Shown: positions 56,663-64,000 of the stretch, one piece after another | How the letters are laid out: each line of letters begins with the position of its first letter | Numbering within the stretch: position 1 is the stretch's first letter | Source of the DNA: Kofleriaceae bacterium | GTDB lineage: Bacteria; Myxococcota_A; Polyangia; Haliangiales; Haliangiaceae | Length of the DNA: 64,000 nucleotides | Direction: 5' to 3' | Assembly (NCBI GenBank): GCA_048500355.1 | Contig: JASNYD010000004.1 | Coordinates: forward strand, 128,001-192,000 | Position numbers and translations under genes: made by a program | The notes under the pieces: generated by a model | The model's database searches: none | Told to the model about the DNA's origin: nothing | The model's input: only the letters and a program-made list of their open reading frames with translations

Positions 56663-58011
56663 GCCTCCACCTGGCGGACCACGCGGCGGGCGTCGGCGAT
56701 GCAGTCGTTCACCGCCACACCATGATACGAGCTGCCCGCCAGCACCAGCCGCGCGGCGTGGGCGTCGCGCTCCCACGCCGCCACCCGGTCGGCGTGCCCG
56801 ACCGGGTACTGGGCGATGCCGTGCGGCCAGCGCACCGCGGTGGCGTGGACGGGCCGGGCGCGGACGCCCAGGATCTGGGCCAGGTCGGCGCCGGCCTGCG
56901 CGAACAGCGCGTCGTCGTCGAGCTCGGCCGCGCCCGGATCGCGAGCCCCGCCGTAGATCATGCGGAACAGCACGTGATCGGCCGGCGCGCGCTCCGGCCA
57001 CACCGTGCTCTCGATGACGCAGCCCAGGACCCGCGGCGCCTCGCCCTGCGCCACCAGGAAGCCGAAGCCGTCGACGTCGGCGCGGACGTCGCGGGCGCGG
57101 AAGCCGAGGAAGGCCAGGGCCACCGGCGCGTACTCGACCTCGGTCAGGCCGCGGGCCAGGGCGGGCAAGGCGCCGCGCACCAGCGCCGCCGCCGCCGGGC
57201 CCGGCACCGCCAGCACGCCGGCGTCGAAGCGCTCGCGCCGCGCCGGATCGTCGCCGACCACGACCACGCCGCCGGGCTCGGGCTCGACCGCGCGCACGGT
57301 CACGCCGCGGCGGACGCGGTCGCCGAGCCGCGCCGCCAGGGCGTCGACCAGGACGGCCATGCCGCCGGCCGGCGCCGCCAGCGTGGTCTTGCCGCGCCGC
57401 CGCGCCCCGCCGCCGCGCCGCCGCCCGCGGGCCTCGGCGATCATGCCGCGCACCAGGCCGCCGCGGGCGTCGAGCGCCGCCAGCCGCGGGAACCCGGCCG
57501 CCAGGCTGACCCGGCGCGCGTCGGCGGCGAACACGCCGGTCACCATCGGCGCGACCAGGGCGTGGGCGGCCTCGGTGCCGAGGCGGCGCACCGCGAAGTC
57601 CCACAGCGACTCGTCGCCGGCCGCGGCCACGTCGCGCGCCGGTCGCAGCGGCTCGCCGAGGAGCGCCAGCTTGCCACGCCACGACAGGAGCCCGGAGCGG
57701 GCGAACGACCCCGGTCCGGCCGGCAGGCGATGGAGGCGGCCGCGCAGGTAGATCCAGCGCGCGCGCGCCGCCGGCGCCGCCTCGACCACGCGGACGCCGA
57801 GCTCGTCGCACAGCGCGGCCGCGCCGTCGTCGGCGCCGGTGAGGAAGCCGTTGGCGGCGTGCTCGCGGCGGAAGCCCTCCGCCGTCGAGGTGCCGATGAC
57901 GCCGCCCGGACGCGCGCCGCCGTCGAGCACCGCCACGTCGTGACCGGCCTGGACCAGGCGCAGCGCCGCCGCCAGGCCGCCGATGCCGCCGCCGACGACG
58001 GCGACCCTCAT
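56653..58011 (-). CDS. hemY: Protoporphyrinogen oxidase (HemY-type, FAD amine-oxidase fold)
   Basis: [16 protein letters not shown] dinucleotide motif. Family resemblance over 452 aa. ATGA overlap with hemE. Confidence 0.8.
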   Translation of the reverse strand: MRVAVVGGGIGGLAAALRLVQAGHDVAVLDGGARPGGVIGTSTAEGFRREHAANGFLTGADDGAAALCDELGVRVVEAAPAARARWIYLRGRLHRLPAGPGSFARSGLLSWRGKLALLGEPLRPARDVAAAGDESLWDFAVRRLGTEAAHALVAPMVTGVFAADARRVSLAAGFPRLAALDARGGLVRGMIAEARGRRRGGGARRRGKTTLAAPAGGMAVLVDALAARLGDRVRRGVTVRAVEPEPGGVVVVGDDPARRERFDAGVLAVPGPAAAALVRGALPALARGLTEVEYAPVALAFLGFRARDVRADVDGFGFLVAQGEAPRVLGCVIESTVWPERAPADHVLFRMIYGGARDPGAAELDDDALFAQAGADLAQILGVRARPVHATAVRWPHGIAQYPVGHADRVAAWERDAHAARLVLAGSSYHGVAVNDCIADARRVVRQVEAWR

Positions 58012-59072
58012 CGCCCGTCCCAGCGCCGCGCCTTCACGGTCTCGACCATCACCCGCACCCGCTCGGGGTCGGTGGGCGGGGTGACGCCGTGCCCGAGGTT
58101 GAAGATGTGGCCGCGCGGGCCGCCCTCGTCGAGGATGGCCTCGACCCGCGCCCGCAGCGCGTCGGGCGGCAAGAACAGCGCGCCGGGATCGAGGTTGCCC
58201 TGGAGCGCGACGCCGTCGCCGACCCGCCGCCGCACCGTGGCCAGCTCGATGCGCCAGTCGACGCCGAGCACGTCGGCGCCCGAGGTCGGGTAGCTGTCGA
58301 GGTACGGCGCGCAGCCGTTGACGAAGTAGATGATGGGCACGCCCGCCGCCGCCACCGCCGGGTGCGCGCGCAGCCGGGCGATGACGTGGCGGGCCCAGCG
58401 CAGCGCGTACTCCTCGAAGTCGCGCGGCGACAGGATCCCGGCCCAGCTATCGAAGAGCTGCACCGCCTGGGCGCCGGCCTCGACCTGGGCCGCGAGGTAC
58501 GCGGCGACGGTGTCGGCCATCTTCTCGAGCAGGGCGTGGGCCGCCGCCGGATCGCCGAACAGGAGGCGCTTGGTGTTGACGTAGTCCTTGGAGCCGCCGC
58601 CCTCGACGGCGTAGGTGACGAGCGTGAACGGCGCGCCGGCGAAGCCGATGAGCGGCACCCGCCCGGCCAGGCCGGCGCGGATCTGGCGCACCGCCTCCAT
58701 CACGTACGGCAGCTCGGCCACCGGATCGGGCACCACCAGCCGATCGATCGCGGCGCGGTCGCGCACCGGGTCGGAGATCACCGGCCCCTTCTCGGGGAAG
58801 GCGACCTCGAGGCCCATGGGCGGCAGGGTGACCAGGATGTCGGAGAACAGGATCGCGGCGTCGAAGCCGAACTGGTCGATGGGCTGTAGCGTCACCTCGC
58901 AGGCCAGGGCCGGGGTCCGGCACATCTCCAGGAACGAGGCGCGCGACCGCACCGCCCGGTAGGACGGCAGGTAGCGCCCGGCCTGGCGCATCATCCAGAT
59001 CGGGGTGCGCTCGACGGGCTGGCGTCGACACGCGCGGAGGAACAGCGGCTCGGCGGCCGCGGCATCGGTCAT
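58008..59072 (-). CDS. hemE: Uroporphyrinogen decarboxylase
   Basis: 354 aa from [39 protein letters not shown], the classic HemE N-terminus ([15 protein letters not shown]). The rest of ORF 58008..60842 is artefact. Confidence 0.9.
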   Translation of the reverse strand: MTDAAAAEPLFLRACRRQPVERTPIWMMRQAGRYLPSYRAVRSRASFLEMCRTPALACEVTLQPIDQFGFDAAILFSDILVTLPPMGLEVAFPEKGPVISDPVRDRAAIDRLVVPDPVAELPYVMEAVRQIRAGLAGRVPLIGFAGAPFTLVTYAVEGGGSKDYVNTKRLLFGDPAAAHALLEKMADTVAAYLAAQVEAGAQAVQLFDSWAGILSPRDFEEYALRWARHVIARLRAHPAVAAAGVPIIYFVNGCAPYLDSYPTSGADVLGVDWRIELATVRRRVGDGVALQGNLDPGALFLPPDALRARVEAILDEGGPRGHIFNLGHGVTPPTDPERVRVMVETVKARRWDGR

Positions 59073-59114
59073 CGGACGGTCATTGTACGCGGCCACCGGT
59101 GTATCGTCCGCCCG

Positions 59115-62100
59115 ATGAGGTCCACTCTGTTCGCGACCGCCCTCGTGGCCGCGGCGCTGGCCGGCTGCGCCGACGACGAGTACATCGCCCCGCCCGGCCC
59201 CGACGCCGCCGATCCGCCGCCGCCCGGACCGTTCGATGGCCTCGGCCTGACCGCCGACATCCGCAGCGACGAGCTGTCCGGCCCGGTCCACGCCGCCCGC
59301 GACCGCTACGGCATCATGCACCTCCAGGCCACGACCGTCCGCGACCTCGGCTTCGCCCAGGGCTACGTCATGGGCCACGACCGCCTGCCGCAGATGGACA
59401 TCCTGCGCCGCTTCGGTGACGGGACCCTGGGCGAGCTGTTCGGCGCGGTCGACCGCGGCACGGTCGAGACCGACCTCGAGATGCGGGTCCACCGCCTGCG
59501 CCCAATCGCCGAGGAGGCGTGGGCGATCCTGCGGGCGTCGACCGACCCCGCCGACCAGGACATCGTGCGCCTGCTCGAGGGCTTCGCCGCCGGCGTCAAC
59601 CACGCCAACGCCGCGTTCCGCGACGGCCGGATCTCGCTCGATCCGGCGATCGCCGCCACCTACGACCCGACCACGTTCCGGGCGTGGACCCCGGTCGACT
59701 CGCTGGTGCTCGGGCGCTTCCAGGCCTTCGCCCTGTCGTACACCGCGCCCATCGAGATCACGCTGACCGAGGTCTACGACGCCGCCCGCGCCACCTTCGA
59801 CGCCGCGACCCCCGCCGACGCCGCCGCCTACGCCCGCCGCGGCATCTCGGCCGACCTGCTCGCGGTCGCGCCGGTGGGGCGGGTGCCGACGATCGACGGC
59901 TTCCCCAACGTCGACGTCGACACCGGCACCCGCGCCGACGCCGGTCGCCCCGGCATGGTCGCGCGCGCGGTGCGCGCGGCGCTGGCCCCGGGCCGGACCG
60001 CCGCCCCGGTCGCCCGCGCCGCGACGCCGCCCGCCGCGACGCCGCGCGCCAGGCCCCGGGCCGGGAGCCGCACCGCGGCCCGCGATCGCGCCCGCCGCCC
60101 GGCGGTGCCGCGCGCGCTCCTCCAGAACGCCCGCGCCTTCTTCGCGCCGACGATGAAGCAGGGGCCGCACGCCTTCATGGTGCCGCACGCCGGCTCCAAC
60201 GCCTGGGCGGTGGGCCCCAGCCGCACCGGCGGCAGCACGATCCTCGCCGGCGACCAGCACCTGTCCCTCCCCAACCCGAGCATCTTCTACCCGGTGCACC
60301 TCACGCTCCTGGGCCCGGGCTCGGGTCCGCCCACGATCGACGTCTTCGGCCAGACCTTCCCCGGCATCCCCGGCATCATCCTGGGCGCCAACGGCAAGGC
60401 GGCGTGGTCGTCGACGGTGGTCTTCCACGACGTCAACGACGTCTTCCTCGAGACCATCGTGCCGTGCGCCACCGGCGGCGGCGACTGCGTCGTCCACGAC
60501 GGCGGCCAGGTCCGGATCGAGCCGTGGACCGAGACCATCCGCCTGGGGGCGCTGGGCACGATCACCGGCCAGGTCACCGCCACCTACGAGCGGGTGCCGC
60601 ACCACGGCCCGATCATCCCGACGGTCGAGGACGGGATGGTGGTGCCGCGCACCGCCAGCCAGGCGCTGTCGGTGCAGTACACCGGCTACGAGCCGACCTT
60701 CGAGATCCGCGCGATCTGGGAGCTGGTGCGGGCCCGCACCGTCGACGACGGCTTCCGCGCCCTGCGCCACTTCGGCTACGGCGGCCAGAACTGGGTGATG
60801 ATCGACGATCAGGGCAACATCGGCTGGACCACCAACGCCCACGTCCCGCTGCGCAAGCCCGCCGCCTACACCTGGAACGCCACCACCAACCCCGATGGCC
60901 TGTCACCGCTGTTCGTCCAGCCCGGCGACGGCTCGGCGGACTGGGAGGGGCGGATGTCGTCGCGCTACCTGCCCCACGCCATCAACCCGGCGTCGGGCAT
61001 GCTGGTCACCGCCAACTCCGACCCGGTGGGCGAGACCTTCGACGGCGATCCCCTCGACGGTCCGGTGGTCGACGGCCGGCCGCTCTACGTCAGCGCCACC
61101 TACGCCGCCGGCGTGCGCACCGAGCGCATCGACGAGCTGGTGCGGGCCGCCGACGCCGCCGGCGACGTCGACCTCGCGGTGAGCGCCACCCACCAGCACG
61201 ACGCCCGCAGCAACATGGGCTACCACCTGCGCGACGCGATCGTCGCCGCCCTCGCCCACGTCGACGATCCGACCGGGGCCCCCGCCGACGTCGCGACCTA
61301 CGTCGGCGCGCTGACCGCCGGCGAGCGCGCGCGCCTGAACCTGGCCCGCGCCAAGCTCGCGGCCTGGACCCTGGACACGCCGCCCGCCGTGGCCGCGTCG
61401 TCGACGGCGCAGGCGCGCGACGACTCGATCGCCACCGCGATCTTCAACGTGTGGATGCACTACTTCATCGTCCGCACCCTGGGCGACGAGTTCGCCGCGA
61501 TCGGCATGTCGCCGTTCGACCTGGTGCAGGATCTCCTGGCCCGCGTCGTCACCCGCACCCTGCGCGAGCCCGGGCAGCTCGTGCCGTCGGCCACCACCGG
61601 CCAGCCCATCATCTGTGACGACCTGACCGACGGCGGCGCCGACCAGAGCTGCACCCGCAAGATCATCGAGGCCGCCCACCTCGCCCTCGGCCAGCTCGGG
61701 ACGCTGATGGGCTCGACCGACCTCGAGACCTGGCGCTGGGGCGCGCTGCACACCCTGACCCTGCGCCCGCTGTTCCCCGACGCCCGGCTGGAGATCCCGG
61801 CGCCGGGCAGCCCCCAGGCCGGCGGCTTCCCGAAGCCGGGCGACAACTTCGCCGTCAACCGCGCCGACTGCGGCTGGTCGGATCTCGACTTCCGCCAGGA
61901 CGAGGACGGCCCGGCCCAGCGCTTCCTCGCCGAGCTCGCGCCGGGCCAGCCGATGAAGGTGCGCCTCCAGTTCCCGGGCGGCACGATCTACAACCCGTCG
62001 AGCCCGCACTACAAGGACGTGCTCGAAGCGCACTACCTCGCCGAGCGCCACTTCGACCTGCCGTTCACGGTCGCCGAGATCGTGGCCGCCGGCGAGGAGC

Positions 62101-62120
62101 GCTGGGTGTTCCGGCCCTAG
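59115..62120 (+). CDS. Penicillin-acylase-family protein (peptidase S45; PvdQ/QuiP-like Ntn-hydrolase) lipoprotein
   Basis: Lipobox [13 protein letters not shown]. Ntn nucleophile context [10 protein letters not shown] preceded by a Pro/Ala/Arg-rich spacer peptide. 1001 aa. Confidence 0.8.
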   Translation: MRSTLFATALVAAALAGCADDEYIAPPGPDAADPPPPGPFDGLGLTADIRSDELSGPVHAARDRYGIMHLQATTVRDLGFAQGYVMGHDRLPQMDILRRFGDGTLGELFGAVDRGTVETDLEMRVHRLRPIAEEAWAILRASTDPADQDIVRLLEGFAAGVNHANAAFRDGRISLDPAIAATYDPTTFRAWTPVDSLVLGRFQAFALSYTAPIEITLTEVYDAARATFDAATPADAAAYARRGISADLLAVAPVGRVPTIDGFPNVDVDTGTRADAGRPGMVARAVRAALAPGRTAAPVARAATPPAATPRARPRAGSRTAARDRARRPAVPRALLQNARAFFAPTMKQGPHAFMVPHAGSNAWAVGPSRTGGSTILAGDQHLSLPNPSIFYPVHLTLLGPGSGPPTIDVFGQTFPGIPGIILGANGKAAWSSTVVFHDVNDVFLETIVPCATGGGDCVVHDGGQVRIEPWTETIRLGALGTITGQVTATYERVPHHGPIIPTVEDGMVVPRTASQALSVQYTGYEPTFEIRAIWELVRARTVDDGFRALRHFGYGGQNWVMIDDQGNIGWTTNAHVPLRKPAAYTWNATTNPDGLSPLFVQPGDGSADWEGRMSSRYLPHAINPASGMLVTANSDPVGETFDGDPLDGPVVDGRPLYVSATYAAGVRTERIDELVRAADAAGDVDLAVSATHQHDARSNMGYHLRDAIVAALAHVDDPTGAPADVATYVGALTAGERARLNLARAKLAAWTLDTPPAVAASSTAQARDDSIATAIFNVWMHYFIVRTLGDEFAAIGMSPFDLVQDLLARVVTRTLREPGQLVPSATTGQPIICDDLTDGGADQSCTRKIIEAAHLALGQLGTLMGSTDLETWRWGALHTLTLRPLFPDARLEIPAPGSPQAGGFPKPGDNFAVNRADCGWSDLDFRQDEDGPAQRFLAELAPGQPMKVRLQFPGGTIYNPSSPHYKDVLEAHYLAERHFDLPFTVAEIVAAGEERWVFRP

Positions 62121-62236
62121 CGCACCGAGCGGGTCGACGTACCTGCGGCGACGGCATTCGAGCCGATCGGTGCGCTGGCGCGCCTGGGCGCACGAAGCGG
62201 TCGCGCGGCGGCCCGCGGCCCGCGCCGTGCTCTACA

Positions 62237-63313
62237 ATGGAGGCGATGGCCCAGGGCATCGAGGTCCCCGAGACGGTGATCGTGGTCGCGTCCCGCGGCT
62301 GGGGCGGCGGCGCGGCCAGGCCCCTGCGCGAGCTGGTCGACCGCCTGGTGGCCGCCGGCGCCGAGACCGCGGTGGTCGCCGACGCGGCGGAGGCGGCGCG
62401 GGCCCTGGTCGACGACGAAGGCGCGGTGGTCCTCATCGACGTCGACGACGCCGCGCGCGGGCTGACCACGCCCGCGCTCGCCGCGGCCCGGGTCGCCGAC
62501 ATCGCCTCCGCGGTGCCCGACGCCGCGCCGGTGGCCGCCGCCCAGCGCCCGGCCGCCGCGCTGGTGGTGGCCTGCCTGCGCGCCGGCGCGGTCGACTTCG
62601 TCGACCTGGGCGCCGAGTCCTTCGAGCTCACCGCCGAGTCGCTGAGCCACGCCGCCCGCAAGCGGGCCCGGTACGGCGCCCAGAAGCGGGCCCTCGGGCA
62701 GCTCCGCACGATGGTCGAGGAGATGCTCAAGGATCTGGTCCGCACCGAGCGCCGCTCGATCGACCTCGAGAAGCAGCTCCAGCAGAAGAGCGCGCGCGAC
62801 GCCGGCCTGCCGTCGGACGTCGAGGCCGCCCGCGATCCGGTGGTGATGGTGGTCGAGGACGATCGCGAGATGGCCGACTTCCTGTGCGACAAGCTCGAGG
62901 AGAAGGACCTCACGACCTTCGCCTTCGTCACCGGCGAGGAGGCGGTCGCCCACGCCGACCTGATGTCGACGCGGGGCCAGGCCCTCGATCTGGTGCTCGT
63001 CGACATCGGCCTGCCCGGCATCGACGGCCTCGAGGTGGTGCGCCGCCTTCGCAAGGATCGCCCCGGCCTGGCCGCCTTCCTCATCACCGGCTTCGCCGAC
63101 CCCAGCCTGACCGCGCGCGCCGCCGACCTCGGCGTCGTCGGCTTCGTGCTCAAGCCGTTCGACGACGCCGACACCCTCGTCGAGCGGGTCCGGGGCGAGG
63201 CCGCCGCCGCCATGGCCCGCACCCGCGACCACGGCTACCTGCAGCGGATCAAGGCCCGCCACGAGCGCGTGCTCAGCCAGTACCGGCTGCTGCTCGCCGA
63301 TCTCGAGACGTAG
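62237..63313 (+). CDS. Response regulator with two receiver-like domains (degenerate N-terminal REC + canonical C-terminal REC)
   Basis: C-terminal VVMVVEDDREMADFL ... LVLVDIGLPGIDGLEV ... FLITGFAD ... LKPFD. N-terminal domain VIVVASRG...VVLIDVDD. Coiled-coil linker. Confidence 0.75.
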   Translation: MEAMAQGIEVPETVIVVASRGWGGGAARPLRELVDRLVAAGAETAVVADAAEAARALVDDEGAVVLIDVDDAARGLTTPALAAARVADIASAVPDAAPVAAAQRPAAALVVACLRAGAVDFVDLGAESFELTAESLSHAARKRARYGAQKRALGQLRTMVEEMLKDLVRTERRSIDLEKQLQQKSARDAGLPSDVEAARDPVVMVVEDDREMADFLCDKLEEKDLTTFAFVTGEEAVAHADLMSTRGQALDLVLVDIGLPGIDGLEVVRRLRKDRPGLAAFLITGFADPSLTARAADLGVVGFVLKPFDDADTLVERVRGEAAAAMARTRDHGYLQRIKARHERVLSQYRLLLADLET

Positions 63314-64000
63314 CCCGGCGGGCGCGGCCGCGACCGGCGGCGCCGAGCGCCCACAGGACCAGGAGCGCCAGGAGCGGCGAGGCCCCGGCGCCGCTCGCGC
63401 CGCAGCAGCCGCCGGCGCCATCGTCGACCGCGCTCCCACCGTCGCCGCCCGCGCCGGTGGCGTCGAGCCCCGCGTCGAGCGGCGGCGTGGCCGACCCCCA
63501 GTAGCCGGGCACGCTGATCACGCCATCGCGGCCGCCGCGCGGGGTCGTCGCGAGCTCGCCGGCCTGCGGGTAGTCGGACGACGCCGAGCTGCCGACCGCC
63601 AGGTAGAGGTCGCGCATCCCGGCGGCGGCGGCGACCAGCCCGTCGGCGTCGCTGCCGCCGACGTAGGTGCTGGTCCACAGGACGTGGAGCCCGATGTCTC
63701 CGCCGAGGCCGAAGCGGGCGATGAAGCCGTCGCGGTTGCCCGCCGTCGTCGTGCACGGCGCCCCGCCGAGCTCGTCCTGGTACGGCAGCTCGACGAGCGC
63801 GCGCGGGAAGTCGGTCGAGTACGTCGTCCCGACCGCGACCAGGGGCCCGTTGGGGCGGGTGTAGGCCAGGCCGCCGAGCGCGTCGCCGTGGGCGCCGCCC
63901 AGGTAGGTCGCCTCACGCATCGAGTTCACGCCGGTCAGGTCGGGGCGCAGCGCCGCCAGCCAGGCGTCGCCGTCACCGCAGCCGGGGGTGCCGCCGCCGC
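63273..64000 (-). CDS. Partial CDS (C-terminal part): beta-propeller-repeat (SBBP-like) protein with MYXO-CTERM-like tail; N-terminus beyond window end
   Basis: Repeats GGxxxDxGxGxAxxxxG...TxSxDFP. C-terminus [33 protein letters not shown]. The ORF runs off the 3' edge of the window. Confidence 0.6.
   Translation of the reverse strand, partial: GGGTPGCGDGDAWLAALRPDLTGVNSMREATYLGGAHGDALGGLAYTRPNGPLVAVGTTYSTDFPRALVELPYQDELGGAPCTTTAGNRDGFIARFGLGGDIGLHVLWTSTYVGGSDADGLVAAAAGMRDLYLAVGSSASSDYPQAGELATTPRGGRDGVISVPGYWGSATPPLDAGLDATGAGGDGGSAVDDGAGGCCGASGAGASPLLALLVLWALGAAGRGRARRATSRDRRAAAGTG

Overview
This is a very GC-rich (~70%+) bacterial chromosomal segment with dense coding on both strands. Several gene calls show MYXO-CTERM-like sorting tails, and there are three eukaryotic-like Ser/Thr kinases, PEGA domains and many lipoproteins, so I infer a Myxococcota-type genome. 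About 52 CDS can be supported. Highlights: (i) a ~1 kb degenerate 80-85 bp tandem-repeat array at the 5' end, followed by a ~370 bp (GASYCS)n hexanucleotide microsatellite; (ii) a tightly coupled four-gene minus-strand cluster (small W/Cys-rich protein, acidic coiled-coil protein, tandem-AAA+ ATPase with an uncharacterised N-terminal region, 4-TM membrane protein) with no family assignment, which is the best candidate for an undescribed system; (iii) duplicated PQQ-dependent sugar dehydrogenases; (iv) a UDP-GlcNAc 6-dehydrogenase / 4-epimerase (TviB/TviC-like) pair; (v) a benzoyl-CoA epoxide pathway island boxR / boxC-boxB with an AT-rich operator-like palindrome but no boxA or CoA ligase; (vi) a hemE-hemY operon extended by a lipoprotein and an Rsm22-like methyltransferase; (vii) a DUF4266/DUF3570 outer-membrane pair; (viii) an SNF2 helicase next to an STK-WD40 kinase; (ix) a penicillin/AHL-acylase-family lipoprotein. 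No CRISPR-cas, integrase, transposase or phage structural genes were recognised. Most of the long six-frame ORFs (e.g. 1197..5354, 21916..26316, 42036..47012) are GC artefacts that only partly coincide with real genes. Coordinates of starts are best estimates from in-frame Met/Val codons and signal-peptide logic.
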